From Hemiscyllium ocellatum (taxonomy: Eukaryota), in assembly GCF_020745735.1 (NCBI RefSeq), contig NC_083435.1:35985090-36049089 (forward strand): a stretch of 64,000 nucleotides of DNA, written 5' to 3'. The translations under genes were made by a program, and so were the position numbers. Positions 61,180 to 64,000 of the stretch are shown one piece after another. The first letter of the stretch is position 1. Each line of letters starts with the position of its first letter. The notes beneath the pieces are model-generated. The model was not told the origin of the DNA and did no database searches. It worked only from the letters and a program-made list of their open reading frames with translations.

Positions 61180-63860
61180 GGCCAGCATTTATTACCCGTC
61201 CCTAGTTGCCCTTGAGAAGGTGGTAGTGATCTGCCTTCTTGAACTGCTGCAGTCTACCTCCTGTGGGTTGAGCCACAATGCCATTAGGGAGGGAAATCCA
61301 GGATTTTGCAACAGTGAAGGAATGGTGATATATTTCCGAGTCAGGATGGTGAGTGGCTTGGAGGGGAACATGAAGGTGGTGGCGTTCCCATATATCTGCT
61401 GACCTTGACCTTCCAGATGGAGGTGGTTGTGGGTTTGGAAGGCACTGTTTAAGGATCTTTGATGAATTTCTGTAGATAGCAAACACTGCTGTAACTGAGT
61501 GTCAGTGATGGAGGGACTGGCTGTTGATGGATGCAGTGCCAATCAGTTGGGTTGCTAGGTCCTGGATGGTGTCAAGCTTCTTCAGTGTTGAGATGGCTGT
61601 ACTCATCCAGGCAAGCAGGGAGTATTCCATCACATTCCTGACCTGTGTCTCGACGTTGGTGGACAGGCTTTGGGAAATCAGGAGACGAGTTACTTGCTGC
61701 AGTATCTCTAGCCTCTGACCTGCTCTTGTAGACACTGCATTTATGTGGTGAGTCCAACTGAGTTTCTGATCAATGATAACTCACAGGCTGTTGACAGTGG
61801 GGGGGATTCAGTGATGGTAACACCATTGAATGCCAAGGGGTGGTGGCGAGATTGTCTCTTGTTGGTGATGGTCATAACTTGGCATTTGTGTGGCACAAAT
61901 ATTACTTGCCACTTGTCAGCCCAAGCCTGGATATTGTCCAGACCTTGTTGCATTTGAACATGGACTCCTTCAGTGTCTGAGGAGATGCAAATAGAGCTGA
62001 ACATTGTGCAATCACTGGCAAACATCCCCATTTCTGACCTTATGATGGAGGGAAGGTCATTGATGAAGCAGCTGAAAACGGTTGGGCCTAGGACACCACG
62101 CTGAGGGACTCCTGCAGAGCTTTCCTGGAGCTGAGATGACTGATCTCCAACAACCAAGACCATCTTCCTATGTGTCAGGTATGACTCTATCCACTGGAGA
62201 GGTTTCCCCCAATACCCATTGATTCCAGTTCTGCTCGAGTTCCATGATGCCACACTCGGTCGAATGCAGCCTTGATGTCAGGGGCTGTCACTCCCACCTC
62301 CCCTCTGGAATTCAGCTCTTTTGTCCGTGTTTGAACCAAGGCTGTATTGAGGTCAGGAGCTGAGTGACCCTGACAGAACCCAAACTGGGCGTCACTGAGC
62401 AGGTTATTGCTGAGCAGGTGCTGCTTGATCGCACTGTTAATGACCCCTTCCATCCCTTTACTGATGATCGAGGGTAGATTATACCTGGGCAATTTTCTAC
62501 ATTGTTGGGTAGATGCCAGTGTTGTAACTGGACTGGAACAGTTTGGATAGGGGAGTGGCAAGTTCTAGAACACATGCCTTCAGTACTATTGCCTGAATGT
62601 TGTCAGGGCCTGAAGCCTTTGCAGTACCCAGTGTCTTCAACTGTTCCTTGATATCACATGGAGTGAATTGAATTGGCTGAAGACTGGTATCTGTAATGCT
62701 GGGGACCACTGGAGGAGGCTGAGATGAATCATTCACTGGACACTTCTGACTGAAGATTGCTGTGAAACCTTCAGGCCTATCTTTCACACTGGTGTAATGG
62801 GCTGTTCCATCAGTGAGAGAGGGAATATTTGTGGAGCCTCCAGTGAGTTGGCTGGATGTGGCAGGACTGCAGTTGTGGGATTGCTTAGCTCTATCACTTG
62901 CTGCTTAGGTTAGATTAGATTAGGTTTGATTCAATTAGATTCCCTACAGTGTGGAAACAGACCCAACCCGTCCACACTGACCCTCCAAAGAGCAACCCAT
63001 CCAGATCCCTCCCACTCTGACTAATGCACCTCACACTATGGGCAATTTAGCATGGCCAATTCACCTCACCAGCACATCTTTAGATTGTGGGAGGAAACCC
63101 ATGCAGACACGGGGAGTATGTGCAAACTCCACACGGACAGTTACCTGAGGCTGGAATCAAACCTAGGACCCTGGTGCTGTGAGGCAGCAGTGCTAACCAC
63201 TAAGTCACCGTGCCGCCCCAAATGGATGAAATTGAACCTGACCTGATTTAAACACTCAACCTTCGAATCTGGAGTCAGATGCACAGCTGCTGTGCCACAA
63301 GCCCACAACCTGCTTGTTTGACATGCAAGTCGACCTGTTTGGTGGCTTCACCAGGTTGGCACCACATCTTCAGGTATGTCTGGTGCTGCTCCTGGCATGC
63401 CCTCCTGCACTCCCCATTGAACCAGGGTTGATCCCCTGGCTTGGTGTTAATGTTTCAGTGGGGGCTATGCCAGGCCATGAGGTTAAAGATTGTGCTGGAG
63501 TATGGTTCTGCTGCTGTTGATGGCCCACAGCGCCTCATGGATACCCAGGCTTGAGCTGCTAGATCTGATCCAAGGCTGTTCCATTTAACACAGTGATAGT
63601 ACCACTCCGTATGATGGAGGTTATTCCCAATGTGACAGTGGGACTTTGCCTCCACAAGGACAGTGTGATGGTCCCTCTCACCGAGACTGTCATGGACATT
63701 TGTACCTGCAGCTGGCAGATTGGAAAGATGGAATCAAGTATGTTTTTCCCTCTTGTTGGTTCCCTCACCACCTGCTGCAGACCCAGTCTAGCAGCTATGT
63801 CCTTTAGTACAAGTCTGATGTTGGTCATCAAACGCACCAGACACACTCACATCCTCAGGG
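61180..63860 (-). mobile_element. CR1/L2-group LINE ORF2 fragment
   Basis: QVVREPTRG.NILD, DIKAAFDRVWH, PQ..VLGP..FSCFINDLP, QQ.LDNIQAWADKWQV. Confidence 0.85.
62908..63218 (-). mobile_element. V-SINE (HE1-like)
   Basis: Head, V-domain and TCTAA tail. Confidence 0.85.
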
Positions 63861-64000
63861 AATATCAATGGAATGGAAGGGATCTCCAGAATCTCCATCA
63901 GGTTCTGACACAATCTCCATTCCCTCACACTTGTGTGTTCCCACTCTCTGGGAATGGGCTTTCCCTGATTGTGTTGATGGGTATGGAGTTATCATCTGGG

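Overview
Repeat-dense shark genomic DNA. The taxon is inferred from HE1/V-SINEs, CR1, Penelope and Tx1 elements plus MHC class I exons; a bamboo-shark-like species is plausible but unproven. The core is a tandem pair of divergent MHC class I heavy-chain genes on the minus strand. Copy B (50097 to about 28055) is complete and open: leader, alpha1, alpha2, alpha3, TM and cytoplasmic exons, all phase-1 with canonical splice sites. Copy A (20270 to 538, running into an assembly gap) has two 1-bp deletions in alpha2. Both copies lack the alpha2 C101-C164 disulfide and the peptide N-terminus anchors Y7/Y59/Y159, but keep R84/T143/K146/W147/Y171, so they are nonclassical. Their alpha1 exons differ at 25 nonsynonymous versus 5 purely synonymous codons. 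Remnants of a third paralog (dead leader exon, terminal-exon fragment) lie on the plus strand at 56-59.5 kb, near a duplicated signal-peptide-like exon. Two possible decayed Ig V-set exons also occur (20.6-20.9 kb and 57.3-57.7 kb). The rest is nested transposons: a near-full-length CR1, three Tx1-like copies, an ORF1-only L1 (HAL1-like) sharing one TSD with a Tx1, Gypsy and Gmr1-like LTR elements, Rex1/Babar, and Penelope elements with hammerhead-ribozyme cores, including a 3x113-bp tandem array. Boundaries of old repeats are approximate. All alignments were done by eye.
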